From an uncultured Clostridia bacterium (GTDB taxonomy: Bacteria; Bacillota; Clostridia; TANB77; CAG-508): a stretch of DNA of 64,000 bases. The notes beneath the pieces are model-generated. The model made no database searches, was not told the DNA's origin, and was given only the letters and a program-made list of their open reading frames with translations. Where the stretch lies: positions 4,100 to 68,099 of the forward strand of contig CANQDX010000001.1 of the NCBI GenBank assembly GCA_947594065.1. Direction: 5' to 3'. Positions 31,636 through 40,708 of this stretch are shown here, in pieces (positions within the stretch are counted from its first letter, which is position 1; every line of letters starts with the position of its first letter). Position numbers and translations under genes: made by a program.

Positions 31636-32067
31636 ATGAAAAGAATTTTAACTTATGGAACATTTGATTTATTACATTATGGACATATTCGTCTATTAAA
31701 AAGAGCAAAAGAATTAGGAGATTATTTAATTGTTGCCTTATCAACAGATGAATTTAACAGTATTAAAGGAAAAACAGCATATCACAATTACGAAACTAGA
31801 AAGAAAATGCTAGAGGCAATTAGATATGTAGATTTAGTTATTCCAGAAAATACTTGGGATCAAAAAATTGATGACGTAAAAAAATATTTTGTTGATGTTA
31901 CCGTTATGGGAGATGACTGGGAAGGAAATGAAAATTTCGAAAAATTAAGAGATTATTGCGAAGTTGTATATCTTCCAAGAACAAAAGGTGTTTCAACATC
32001 TAAAATTAAAAAAGATTTAGGATTACAACCAGCAATTAATGGTAAAAACCAAATACCTAATAATTAA
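31636..32067 (+). CDS. tagD: glycerol-3-phosphate cytidylyltransferase
   Basis: YGTFDLLHYGHIRLLKRAKELGDYLIVALSTDEFN, 143 aa. Confidence 0.9.
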   Translation: MKRILTYGTFDLLHYGHIRLLKRAKELGDYLIVALSTDEFNSIKGKTAYHNYETRKKMLEAIRYVDLVIPENTWDQKIDDVKKYFVDVTVMGDDWEGNENFEKLRDYCEVVYLPRTKGVSTSKIKKDLGLQPAINGKNQIPNN

Positions 32068-32100
32068 TATTTCGTAAAAAATTAGAAAGAAGATGTAAAA

Positions 32101-33135
32101 ATGAAATCCACTAAAAAAATCGCAATAGCAATTATATTAATTCTTATTTTTGGTTTATGCTTTATTCCAAGTGAAAAAGATGATTATAATTGTAAATATA
32201 AATTAGAAATTATTAGTGCTTATGGAGATAATCAGGCATATCATCCAAAAGTTTTATCTTTTCCAGAAAAATGGAATGGTTATAAATATTGGATGGCATA
32301 TACTCCTTATCCAGGTGGTGACGACAGTAAAGAAAACCCACATATTGTTGCAAGCAATGATTTAGTTACTTGGGTAACACCAGTAGGCTTAACTAATCCT
32401 TTAGACGATGGTGGAGAAACAATTCATCTTAAAAGATATAATTCAGATACTCACCTTGTTTATCAACCTAAAACAAATACGTTATACTGCTACTGGAGAT
32501 ATGTAGATGATGTTGAAAATCGAGCTATTATTTATAGATTAGAAACAAAAGATGGTATTCATTGGTCTAATAAACAGGTTACGGCTAATTCTAAAAACAG
32601 AAAAGAAAAAGATTATGTTAGTCCAGCAATTTTGTATGATGATTCAGTCTATAAAATGTGGTATGTAGATAAAGACGGAATTATTAGATATGCTCTATCA
32701 GATAACGGAATTAATTGGAAAGATATAAGTAGTACAAAAATACAATATGAAACAAAATTGCAATCTTGGCATATTGATGTTATTAAAACTCAAAAGGGAT
32801 ATGAAATGCTTGTAGTAGCTTTTAATAAATGGAAAAATCATAATGATATGAATTTATATTATACAAGTTCAACAGATGGACTACAATGGAATACTGCCAA
32901 AGTTATTATACGTCCTACTACCAAAAGTCGACATTGGGATAATAAAGGAATATATAGAAGTAGCTTTATTTATGAAAATGGAAAATATTATGTATTTTAT
33001 GGTGGGACAAGTAAAAAATATGAGCACGGAATTGGGCTGATGTATGGCGAAGATATATTTCACTTAAAAAGGGTTGACACTAACTTTAAAAATAAATCTG
33101 CCGTAAATAGTTTAAAAAGAAAATTGGAAACATAA
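32101..33135 (+). CDS. secreted/lipoprotein-like protein with a beta-propeller-type glycoside-hydrolase-like domain (family not assigned)
   Basis: N-terminal signal peptide (KKIAIAIILILIFGLCF). Recurring W/Y-rich blade-like segments (YWMAYTPYPGGDD, YCYWRYVDD, YKMWYVDKDG, YYVFYGGTS). Embedded between tagD and tagG. Confidence 0.3.
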   Translation: MKSTKKIAIAIILILIFGLCFIPSEKDDYNCKYKLEIISAYGDNQAYHPKVLSFPEKWNGYKYWMAYTPYPGGDDSKENPHIVASNDLVTWVTPVGLTNPLDDGGETIHLKRYNSDTHLVYQPKTNTLYCYWRYVDDVENRAIIYRLETKDGIHWSNKQVTANSKNRKEKDYVSPAILYDDSVYKMWYVDKDGIIRYALSDNGINWKDISSTKIQYETKLQSWHIDVIKTQKGYEMLVVAFNKWKNHNDMNLYYTSSTDGLQWNTAKVIIRPTTKSRHWDNKGIYRSSFIYENGKYYVFYGGTSKKYEHGIGLMYGEDIFHLKRVDTNFKNKSAVNSLKRKLET

Positions 33136-33155
33136 AAATAGTAAGGAAGAAAAAT

Positions 33156-33962
33156 ATGGAAACATTTATAAAAATTATTAAAGAACATATTAATTATAAA
33201 AACCAAATTATGAAATTAGCAAAGGCAGATTTGGTAAAAACATATAGAGGGGCAGCATTAGGATGGGCTTGGGCTATTATTAAACCTGCAGTAACTATTT
33301 TTGTTTATTGGTTTGCCTTTTCAGTTGGATTGAGAATGGGAAAAGATGTAAACGATTACCCTTACTTCTTATGGCTAATTGCAGGGGTTGTTCCTTGGTT
33401 TTATATGAGTGAAATGATAACTGCTGGTACAGATTGTATTAGAAAATATAGTTATTTAGTAACAAAAATGAAATTCCCAGTATCAACAATTCCTACATTC
33501 GTTAATATATCTAAATTTATAATACATTTAATATTAATTTTTCTTGTAATTGTTATTTTTAGATTATTCGGATATACACCAGATATTTATTTACTACAAT
33601 TACCATTTTACATTTTGCTTACCTTTATATTTTTTAATATATGGGGATTATTTTCAGCGCCACTTGCAGTTATTAGTAAAGATTATAGCAATTTAGTAAA
33701 ATCATTTATAACAGCGATTTTCTGGTTATCTGGTATTATGTGGAATCCTTCTACTATAAAAAATGCAACATTAAAGAAAATTCTAAAAATAAATCCTGTT
33801 ACCTATTTAGTTACTGGATTTAGAAACTGCTTTATTAACAAAGTATGGTTTTGGGAATCACCTAAAACATTAGCTTGTTTTATTATAATAACTGTTGTAA
33901 TGGCTGTACTAGCAATACGCATTTATAAAAAATTAAAAAAAGAAATACCAGATGTTTTATAA
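33156..33962 (+). CDS. tagG: ABC-2 type polymer export permease (TagG/Wzm-like)
   Basis: LVKTYRGAALGWAWAIIKPAVTIFVYWFAF and six TM helices. Confidence 0.8.
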   Translation: METFIKIIKEHINYKNQIMKLAKADLVKTYRGAALGWAWAIIKPAVTIFVYWFAFSVGLRMGKDVNDYPYFLWLIAGVVPWFYMSEMITAGTDCIRKYSYLVTKMKFPVSTIPTFVNISKFIIHLILIFLVIVIFRLFGYTPDIYLLQLPFYILLTFIFFNIWGLFSAPLAVISKDYSNLVKSFITAIFWLSGIMWNPSTIKNATLKKILKINPVTYLVTGFRNCFINKVWFWESPKTLACFIIITVVMAVLAIRIYKKLKKEIPDVL

Positions 33963-33982
33963 TGGAAAAGGAGTAGAATAAT

Positions 33983-34711
33983 ATGCCTAAAACTGTAATA
34001 GAATTTAAAAATGTAACTAAAATATATAAACTGTATAAAAATGACAAGCAAAGATTTAAGGCTATCTTTTTCAAGAAAACACCTTATAAACCTAAAAATG
34101 CTGTAAATAATGTTTCATTTAAAATTAATAAAGGCGAATCTGTTGCATTGTTTGGAAAAAATGGTGCAGGAAAGTCCACCATTTTAAAAATGATTACAGA
34201 AGTAACATATCCAACAAGTGGTGAAATAATTATTGATGGTAGGGTAAGTGCGCTTCTAGAATTAACATCAGGATTTGATCCTGAATTTACAGGAAGAGAG
34301 AATATTTATTTAAAAGGTCAATTGTTAGGAATAAATACAGATGAAATAAAAAAATTGGAACAAACAATCATAGACTTTGCACAAATTGAAGAATATATAG
34401 ATCAACCTGTAAGAACATATTCAAGTGGTATGAAGGCCAGACTTGGTTTTTCAATTAATGTAAATGTAGAGCCTGAAATATTAATAGTTGACGAAGCACT
34501 AAGTGTTGGTGATGAAGAATTTAGAAGAAAATGTATTAAAAAAATAAATGAACTAATTGAAAAAGGTGTTACATTGCTTTATGTTACTCACGCAACCAAA
34601 ACTGCTCAAGATTTTTGCAAACGCGGAATGGTTATGCAAACAGGAAATTTAATATTCGATGGAGATATAGAAGAAGCAATGCAGGTTTATACAGATACAA
34701 TTAAAGAATAG
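33983..34711 (+). CDS. tagH: teichoic acid / polysaccharide export ABC ATPase (TagH/Wzt-like, short form)
   Basis: Walker A GKNGAGKST, signature YSSGMKARLGF, Walker B ILIVDEALSVGD. Confidence 0.85.
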   Translation: MPKTVIEFKNVTKIYKLYKNDKQRFKAIFFKKTPYKPKNAVNNVSFKINKGESVALFGKNGAGKSTILKMITEVTYPTSGEIIIDGRVSALLELTSGFDPEFTGRENIYLKGQLLGINTDEIKKLEQTIIDFAQIEEYIDQPVRTYSSGMKARLGFSINVNVEPEILIVDEALSVGDEEFRRKCIKKINELIEKGVTLLYVTHATKTAQDFCKRGMVMQTGNLIFDGDIEEAMQVYTDTIKE

Positions 34712-34743
34712 ATTTTACAAAAGGAAAGGACTTTAATAAAATA

Positions 34744-35988
34744 GTGAATGCATTAGAAAAGCTTAAAAAATATAATCAAGATCATATAATTGACTTATTA
34801 CAAAATTTTACTGAAGAAGAAAAAGAAAAATTATTTGAACAAGTGAATAGAATAGATTTTAATCAAATTGAAAGTTTATATAATCAATTAAATGCAAAAG
34901 AAAAAGAAACACCAGATGAAATTGAAGAAATAGTTGCTATTAATAAAGATAAATTAATAAATAATGAGATACAAAGATATAATACAATTGGAGAAAATAT
35001 TATTAAAGACAATCAATATGCTTTGGTAACAATGTCTGGAGGACAGGGAACAAGATTAGGGCTAGATAAGCCTAAAGGATTGTTCAAGATAGATATAAAG
35101 CCTAAGCCTAAATATTTATTTGAAATTCTTGCGGACAAATTAAAGGAAAAAAATAATCAATATAATGTTACTATACCTTGGTATATTATGACAAGCGAAG
35201 AAAATGACTCTGATATTAAAGAATTTTTTGAAAGCAATAATTATTTTAACTACCCAAAAAGTTATGTTCAATTTTTCAAACAATCAAATTTACCTTTAAT
35301 AACAGAAGATAAAAAACTAGTTATAGGTAAAAATAAACTGATAAAAGAAGCAGCAAACGGTAATGGTGGGATTTTTTCTTCTATGTATAGCAATAACATA
35401 TTAGATGATATGAAAGAAAGAAAAATTCGCTGGATTTTTATAAGTTCAATTGATAATATTTTATTAAACATCGCTGATCCAATGCTTATAGGATTAGCAG
35501 AAGACAGAAAAGTGGAAATTGCTACAAAGTCTATTATAAAAAGTTCTCCAGAAGAAAAAGTAGGGGCAATATGCAAAAAAGATAATAAAATAAAAGTTAT
35601 TGAATATTCTGAAATGTCTGAAGAAATGAAAAATGCTCATAATGAAGAAGGAGAACTTAAATTTGGAGAATCTCATATAATGTGCAATTTATTTTCATTA
35701 AATGCATTAGAAATATTAGCTAAAAAAGAATTGCCATATCACATAGCATATAAAAAATCTGATTATATGGATGCAAATGGAAATATTATTCATCCAGATG
35801 CTCCAAATGTATATAAATTTGAAACCTTTATATTTGATGGTTGGTCATATTTTAATGATATAGTAGTTTTAAGGGGAAAAAGAGAAGAAGACTTTGCACC
35901 AATAAAAAATAAAGAAGGTCAAGACAGTCCGCAAACTGCTATTGCTTTATATAATAATTTTTATGATAAGGAGATAAAAAAATTATGA
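34744..35988 (+). CDS. eukaryote-type UDP-sugar pyrophosphorylase (UDPGP family, UAP1/AGX1-like)
   Basis: Nucleotide-binding loop VTMSGGQGTRLGLDKPKGLF (compare AGX1 GGQGTRLG..PKG). About 414 aa. GTG start. Confidence 0.65.
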   Translation: MNALEKLKKYNQDHIIDLLQNFTEEEKEKLFEQVNRIDFNQIESLYNQLNAKEKETPDEIEEIVAINKDKLINNEIQRYNTIGENIIKDNQYALVTMSGGQGTRLGLDKPKGLFKIDIKPKPKYLFEILADKLKEKNNQYNVTIPWYIMTSEENDSDIKEFFESNNYFNYPKSYVQFFKQSNLPLITEDKKLVIGKNKLIKEAANGNGGIFSSMYSNNILDDMKERKIRWIFISSIDNILLNIADPMLIGLAEDRKVEIATKSIIKSSPEEKVGAICKKDNKIKVIEYSEMSEEMKNAHNEEGELKFGESHIMCNLFSLNALEILAKKELPYHIAYKKSDYMDANGNIIHPDAPNVYKFETFIFDGWSYFNDIVVLRGKREEDFAPIKNKEGQDSPQTAIALYNNFYDKEIKKL

Positions 35989-37004
35989 GTATTTTAGTTA
36001 CAGGTGGAACAGGTTTTATTGGAAGTCATACAGTGGTAGAATTATTGGAAAATAATGAAGACGTAGTTGTAGTAGACAATTTTGTAAATAGTAGTCCTGA
36101 TGTAATTGATAAAATAAAACAAATTACAGGAAAGGACTTTTCATTTTATGAAGTAGATATACTAGATAGAGAAAAATTAGAAAAGGTATTTGAAGAAAAT
36201 TCAATAGATTCAGTTATTCACTTTGCAGGTCTAAAAGCTGTTGGCGAATCTGTGCAAAAGCCCTTAGAATATTATCATAACAACATAACTGGAACGCTTG
36301 TATTACTAGAAACAATGAGAAAATATAATTGTAAAGAAATTGTATTTAGTTCTTCAGCAACAGTATATGGAAATCCTGGAGTTGACAAATATGCCGAATC
36401 ATTGGGAAGAGGAAAGACAACTAATCCTTATGGAACTACAAAAGCAATGATTGAAAAAATACTTGAAGATTTATATACATCAGATAATAGTTGGAAAATA
36501 TGTATGCTTAGGTATTTTAATCCAATTGGAGCACATAAAAGTGGACTAATTGGAGATAACCCAAATGGAATACCAAATAATTTAATGCCATATATACAAA
36601 AAGTTGCAGTAGGAGAATTAAAAGAACTTTCTGTATTTGGAAACGATTATAATACTGTAGATGGAACAGGCGTAAGAGATTATATTCACGTTGTAGATTT
36701 AGCAAATGGACATATAAAAGCATTAAGTAAATTGAAAACTTATAATCCAGGTGTATATGTATATAATTTGGGAAGTGGTAAAGGTTGTAGTGTACTTGAA
36801 TTAATTAAAACATTTGAAAAAGTAAATAATGTAAAAGTACCATACAAAATTGCTCCAAGAAGACCTGGAGATATTGATGTTGTATGTGCTGATCCAACAA
36901 AAGCAAAGGAAGAACTCAATTGGTGCACGCAAAAAACAATTGAGGATATGTGTAAAGACTCTTGGAATTATATAAAAAATGTATCATTAATAAAAAATAA
37001 TTAA
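35985..37004 (+). CDS. galE: UDP-glucose 4-epimerase
   Basis: VTGGTGFIGSHT Rossmann motif, YGNP and YxxxK (YGTTK). 339 aa. Confidence 0.85.
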   Translation: MSILVTGGTGFIGSHTVVELLENNEDVVVVDNFVNSSPDVIDKIKQITGKDFSFYEVDILDREKLEKVFEENSIDSVIHFAGLKAVGESVQKPLEYYHNNITGTLVLLETMRKYNCKEIVFSSSATVYGNPGVDKYAESLGRGKTTNPYGTTKAMIEKILEDLYTSDNSWKICMLRYFNPIGAHKSGLIGDNPNGIPNNLMPYIQKVAVGELKELSVFGNDYNTVDGTGVRDYIHVVDLANGHIKALSKLKTYNPGVYVYNLGSGKGCSVLELIKTFEKVNNVKVPYKIAPRRPGDIDVVCADPTKAKEELNWCTQKTIEDMCKDSWNYIKNVSLIKNN

Positions 37005-37084
37005 AAATTATATTTACATTTTCGATTATTTTGTATAAAATAGTACAAGAAATTACAAAAGAAAATTGAAAGGAGCATTATTTT

Positions 37085-38377
37085 ATGAAAATACTAATGC
37101 TAACGTGGGAATACCCTCCAAGAATAGTGGGTGGAATTGCAAGAGTTGTTCACGATTTATCTAAAAGATTATTAAAAGATGGACACGAAGTTACAGTTAT
37201 TACTTATCGTGAAGAAAATATGCCATACTATGAAGATGATAAAGGTGTAAATGTATATAGAGTAGATAATTATATGATTAATCCAAACAATTTTATTGAT
37301 TGGATTATGCAAATGAATTTTAATATGATTTCAAAAGCAAATGAATTAATTAGTAAACAAGGAAAATTTGATGTTATTCACGCTCACGATTGGCTTGTAG
37401 CGTATGCGGCAAAATCTATTAAAAATTCTTACGATATACCAATTGTTGCTACCATACACGCTACAGAATCCGGTAGAAATAGCGGAATTCACGATGAAAC
37501 ACAAAGATATATAAATGATACAGAATGGATGCTTACTTATGAAGCAAATGAAGTAATTGTAAATAGTAACTATATGAAATGCGAATTACAAAGAAATTTT
37601 GGCTTACCATTTGAAAAAATAAATGTTATTCCTAATGGAGTAAACCTTACTATGTATAGTGGTATTGAAAAAGATTATGATTTTAGAAGAAATTATGCTT
37701 CAGATAATGAAAAAATTATTCTATACACAGGAAGACTTGTTTATGAAAAGGGCGTGCAATTTTTAATTGGAGCAATGCCTAAAATCTTAGAAAATTATCA
37801 CGATGCAAAACTTGTTATTGCAGGAAAAGGCGGAATGTTTGACGAATTGAAAGCACAAGCTGATTATTTAGGACTAAGCAATAAAGTCTATTTCACAGGT
37901 TATATGGACCACAAATCATTGTGCAAATTATATAAATGTGCAGATATTGCAGTTTTCCCAAGCACCTATGAACCATTTGGAATTGTTGCACTAGAAGGAA
38001 TGTTAGCAGGAATACCTGTTGTAGTATCAGATATAGGTGGTCTTAATGAAATAGTAGAACATAGAGTAAATGGAATGAAAAGTTATGCTGGAAATAGTAA
38101 TTCTATTGCAGATTCTATTTTAACATTGCTTTTTGACCATAAATTATGTAATGAAATTTCTAAAAATGCAAAAGATAAGATAAAGGAACTATATAATTGG
38201 ACAAAAATAACGCAAGATACGCATTTTTCTTACCAAAAAGCAATATGTGAAACAATGGCATCTAGACAAGCTAAACAAATTGCACAAGAAAAGGCTGCAA
38301 AAGTTAAAAGAACAAAAGGTGAAGAAAAAGAATTGTCCAAATTACTTGAATTTAGAAAACGTCAAGCTTATGCTTAA
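37085..38377 (+). CDS. GT4 family glycosyltransferase with a charged C-terminal tail
   Basis: MKILMLTWEYPPRIVGGIA N-terminus and EX7E motif FPSTYEPFGIVALEGM. The last roughly 45 aa are K/E-rich. Confidence 0.75.
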   Translation: MKILMLTWEYPPRIVGGIARVVHDLSKRLLKDGHEVTVITYREENMPYYEDDKGVNVYRVDNYMINPNNFIDWIMQMNFNMISKANELISKQGKFDVIHAHDWLVAYAAKSIKNSYDIPIVATIHATESGRNSGIHDETQRYINDTEWMLTYEANEVIVNSNYMKCELQRNFGLPFEKINVIPNGVNLTMYSGIEKDYDFRRNYASDNEKIILYTGRLVYEKGVQFLIGAMPKILENYHDAKLVIAGKGGMFDELKAQADYLGLSNKVYFTGYMDHKSLCKLYKCADIAVFPSTYEPFGIVALEGMLAGIPVVVSDIGGLNEIVEHRVNGMKSYAGNSNSIADSILTLLFDHKLCNEISKNAKDKIKELYNWTKITQDTHFSYQKAICETMASRQAKQIAQEKAAKVKRTKGEEKELSKLLEFRKRQAYA

Positions 38378-38401
38378 AATAAATAAAAGGAGATTAATTT
38401 T

Positions 38402-38737
38402 ATGAATGTTTACGATACTGTAAATAAGCTAGCACAAGAGATAAAAAATTCTGATGAATATAAAAACTATAAAAAATATAAGGATCTTGTAAAAAGTGAT
38501 ACAGAAGTAAATGAAAAAATTAAAAAATTTGAAACACTAAGATATGAAGTTCAAATTTCTGCAATGCAAGGACAAGAAGCTAATAAAGATAAAGAAAAAG
38601 AGCTTCAAGAAGTTTATGTTGATCTTTTAGCAAAGCAAAATGTAAAAGAATATTTTGATGCTGAGTTCAAATTCAATATTTTACTTGCAGATGTAAATAA
38701 AATTATTGGAGATGCAGTAAAAGAAGTTTTAGAGTAA
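38402..38737 (+). CDS. UPF0342 (YheA/YmcA/YlbF-like) family protein
   Basis: 111 aa helical protein (MNVYDTVNKLAQEIKNSDEYKNYKK...) with the length and composition typical of the family. Confidence 0.55.
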   Translation: MNVYDTVNKLAQEIKNSDEYKNYKKYKDLVKSDTEVNEKIKKFETLRYEVQISAMQGQEANKDKEKELQEVYVDLLAKQNVKEYFDAEFKFNILLADVNKIIGDAVKEVLE

Positions 38738-38774
38738 AAAGTTAGGACACCAAAATAAAAAGTGTGTCCTTTTA
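38738..38774 (+). terminator. rho-independent terminator
   Basis: AGGACAC caaaataaaaa GTGTGTCCTTTT. Confidence 0.6.
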
Positions 38775-38792
38775 ATTTACATAATAAGGAGA

Positions 38793-39494
38793 ATGTTTAT
38801 GTTTGATTTTTCGGTTCTTGTTATATGTGTTATAACAATTATTTTACTTAAAATTTTTCTTAATATTAATTTCAAAACAATGAAAAAATTGGAAATAGAA
38901 AATACAGATATGCTAAATAAAATCGCTAGTAAATTTCCAGAAGATAAAAAAATATGTGAAACAATTTTAAAACAATTAAATAATAGTTCAAATGTAAATA
39001 TAAAAATAGAATCAGAATACAATAGCTGTTTATATACTATTTATAATAATACAATTACAATTGGAAAGTTCCAACAAAATTATATGAAAATTCAAACAAT
39101 TGCTCACGAATGTATTCATTCATCTCAAAGCAAAAGAACGTTATGGTCAAATTTTATATTTACCAATATTTACTTGTTGTATTTTATAATTATTCTTATT
39201 CTAACATTCTTGAATAAATTACCATACGCAAATATACATACTTGTATTTTAATATTTGGTGGTGTAATACAGTTTATTCTTAGAATGTGCTTAGAAAATG
39301 ATGCTATGATAAAAGCAAAATATATTGCCAAAGAATATATAGAAAAAAATAAAATCTTAACTTCAAAAGAAGAAGAAACACTTTTGGAAGAATACGATAG
39401 AGTAAATAAAATAGGAATTCCATTTTTAAATTATTATCAAGTAACAATGAATTTAATAAAAATAATTATATTTTCATTTTTTACTCTCGTATAA
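38793..39494 (+). CDS. hypothetical membrane protein with an HExxH motif (putative membrane metallopeptidase)
   Basis: N-terminal TM helix, AHECIHSSQS motif, and two further TM helices. Confidence 0.35.
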   Translation: MFMFDFSVLVICVITIILLKIFLNINFKTMKKLEIENTDMLNKIASKFPEDKKICETILKQLNNSSNVNIKIESEYNSCLYTIYNNTITIGKFQQNYMKIQTIAHECIHSSQSKRTLWSNFIFTNIYLLYFIIILILTFLNKLPYANIHTCILIFGGVIQFILRMCLENDAMIKAKYIAKEYIEKNKILTSKEEETLLEEYDRVNKIGIPFLNYYQVTMNLIKIIIFSFFTLV

Positions 39495-39551
39495 AAGTTA
39501 TTTTGCAAACATTTACATAAATTTGTTCTTTACATTCAAAAACTAAAATCG

Positions 39552-39590
39552 ACGAAAAGAAAAAGTGGCATAGCCACTTTTCTTGTTATA
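39552..39590. terminator. bidirectional terminator between convergent genes
   Basis: GAAAAGAAAAAGTGGC ATA GCCACTTTTCTTGTT, a stem with A- and T-runs on both sides. Confidence 0.6.
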
Positions 39591-40440
39591 AATTATATAA
39601 ATTGTTTTCTACTAATAGTTGAGCTCTTTTAGCTGTTTTTTCGTCTGATTCTAAAGAATTTTTAAGAAATTCAGGATGAGCAATTAAAAAATTTCTCATT
39701 GTTTCATCTGGATTCTCAAAAAAATTGTTAAGCATTTCTTGTTGAGCTTTATTAATAATATGCATTTCTAAAGCTTTTTGAAATAAACTTCTATCTACTT
39801 TTACTAAACTAATAGGAAGAATTCCATTTTCTTGTAAAATTTCAGTACCACCTTGCATTCTGTCAACAACAACACAAGACCAATTTAATTTTCCTCCAAA
39901 ATTTTCAATTGCTGGAATCCAAGCTCTTAAATAACTAGAAGCTACTGTTACTAAATCTGCAATATGTAAAACTTTTTTATTATCTATAGGTCCTAAAGGT
40001 TTTGTATTTACAAAGTTACTATCAGAAACAACAGCACTTAAATCTTTATAAATAGAAATGTGTGGTTTATTTAATAAGTGTGCAATCATATTAGAAAAGA
40101 ACCAATCTCTTCTTTCACCGCCGGAAATATAATCAATCTCGTCAATAGAAATATTTTCTTTTATACTATGAATCATTGTATCGATAACATCTTTATAAAT
40201 TGAATTAGAACGGTATTGTGAAAGAACCTTATTAAATATATTTTTAGGTAATTCTATTTTATTAGTTAATTGTTCATCTATAAATGCTAGTAAATCTTTT
40301 GCATCTTTTTCATTTCCATATACAAAATGTGTATTAATAAAATAAGGTCCTATTTTTCCTGATGTATACCAGAAAGGCTTATTTTCTTCACAAAATTTAA
40401 TTGCATTTGTTTGAAATAAATAAGAAATAATATCAGACAT
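39586..40440 (-). CDS. orotate phosphoribosyltransferase-like protein with a degenerate PRPP-binding loop
   Basis: The N-terminus (IKFCEENKPFWYTSGKIGPYFIN) aligns to PyrE (LKFGEFTLKSGRKSPYFFN). The PRPP loop VLHIADLVTVASS replaces the canonical VLLVDDVITAGT. VVVDRMQGGTEIL matches the OPRTase flexible loop. There is an extra C-terminal extension of about 70 aa. Confidence 0.5.
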   Translation of the reverse strand: MSDIISYLFQTNAIKFCEENKPFWYTSGKIGPYFINTHFVYGNEKDAKDLLAFIDEQLTNKIELPKNIFNKVLSQYRSNSIYKDVIDTMIHSIKENISIDEIDYISGGERRDWFFSNMIAHLLNKPHISIYKDLSAVVSDSNFVNTKPLGPIDNKKVLHIADLVTVASSYLRAWIPAIENFGGKLNWSCVVVDRMQGGTEILQENGILPISLVKVDRSLFQKALEMHIINKAQQEMLNNFFENPDETMRNFLIAHPEFLKNSLESDEKTAKRAQLLVENNLYNL

Positions 40441-40593
40441 ATTTGTAACCTCCTTTTTTTAAAGTATATACTAAAAAAAATAAAAAGTCTAGAATATTTT
40501 ATCTAAAAAGGCAGCATAGCCACTTTTCTTGTGTAAAAAGATAAGATATTTAAAATTTTTACTTGAACATTTTTAAGAACAATGATAAGATAA

Positions 40594-40701
40594 TTAAAAT
40601 TTAAAAAGGGTCTTTATATTATGCCTGGTATGATTGATATGCATTGTCATTTAAGAGAACCAGGAGTTGATGGAAAAATAGTTTATCAAGATAAGGAGTA
40701 A
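40594..40701 (+). pseudogene. pyrC: remnant of dihydroorotase (pyrC), about 36 codons with no start codon
   Basis: The open frame reads KGLYIMPGMIDMHCHLREPG, matching the DHOase metal-binding signature (D-x-H-x-H-L-R-E-P-G). A stop lies 11 codons later and only pyrF follows. Confidence 0.5.
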
Positions 40702-40708
40702 TAGATAG

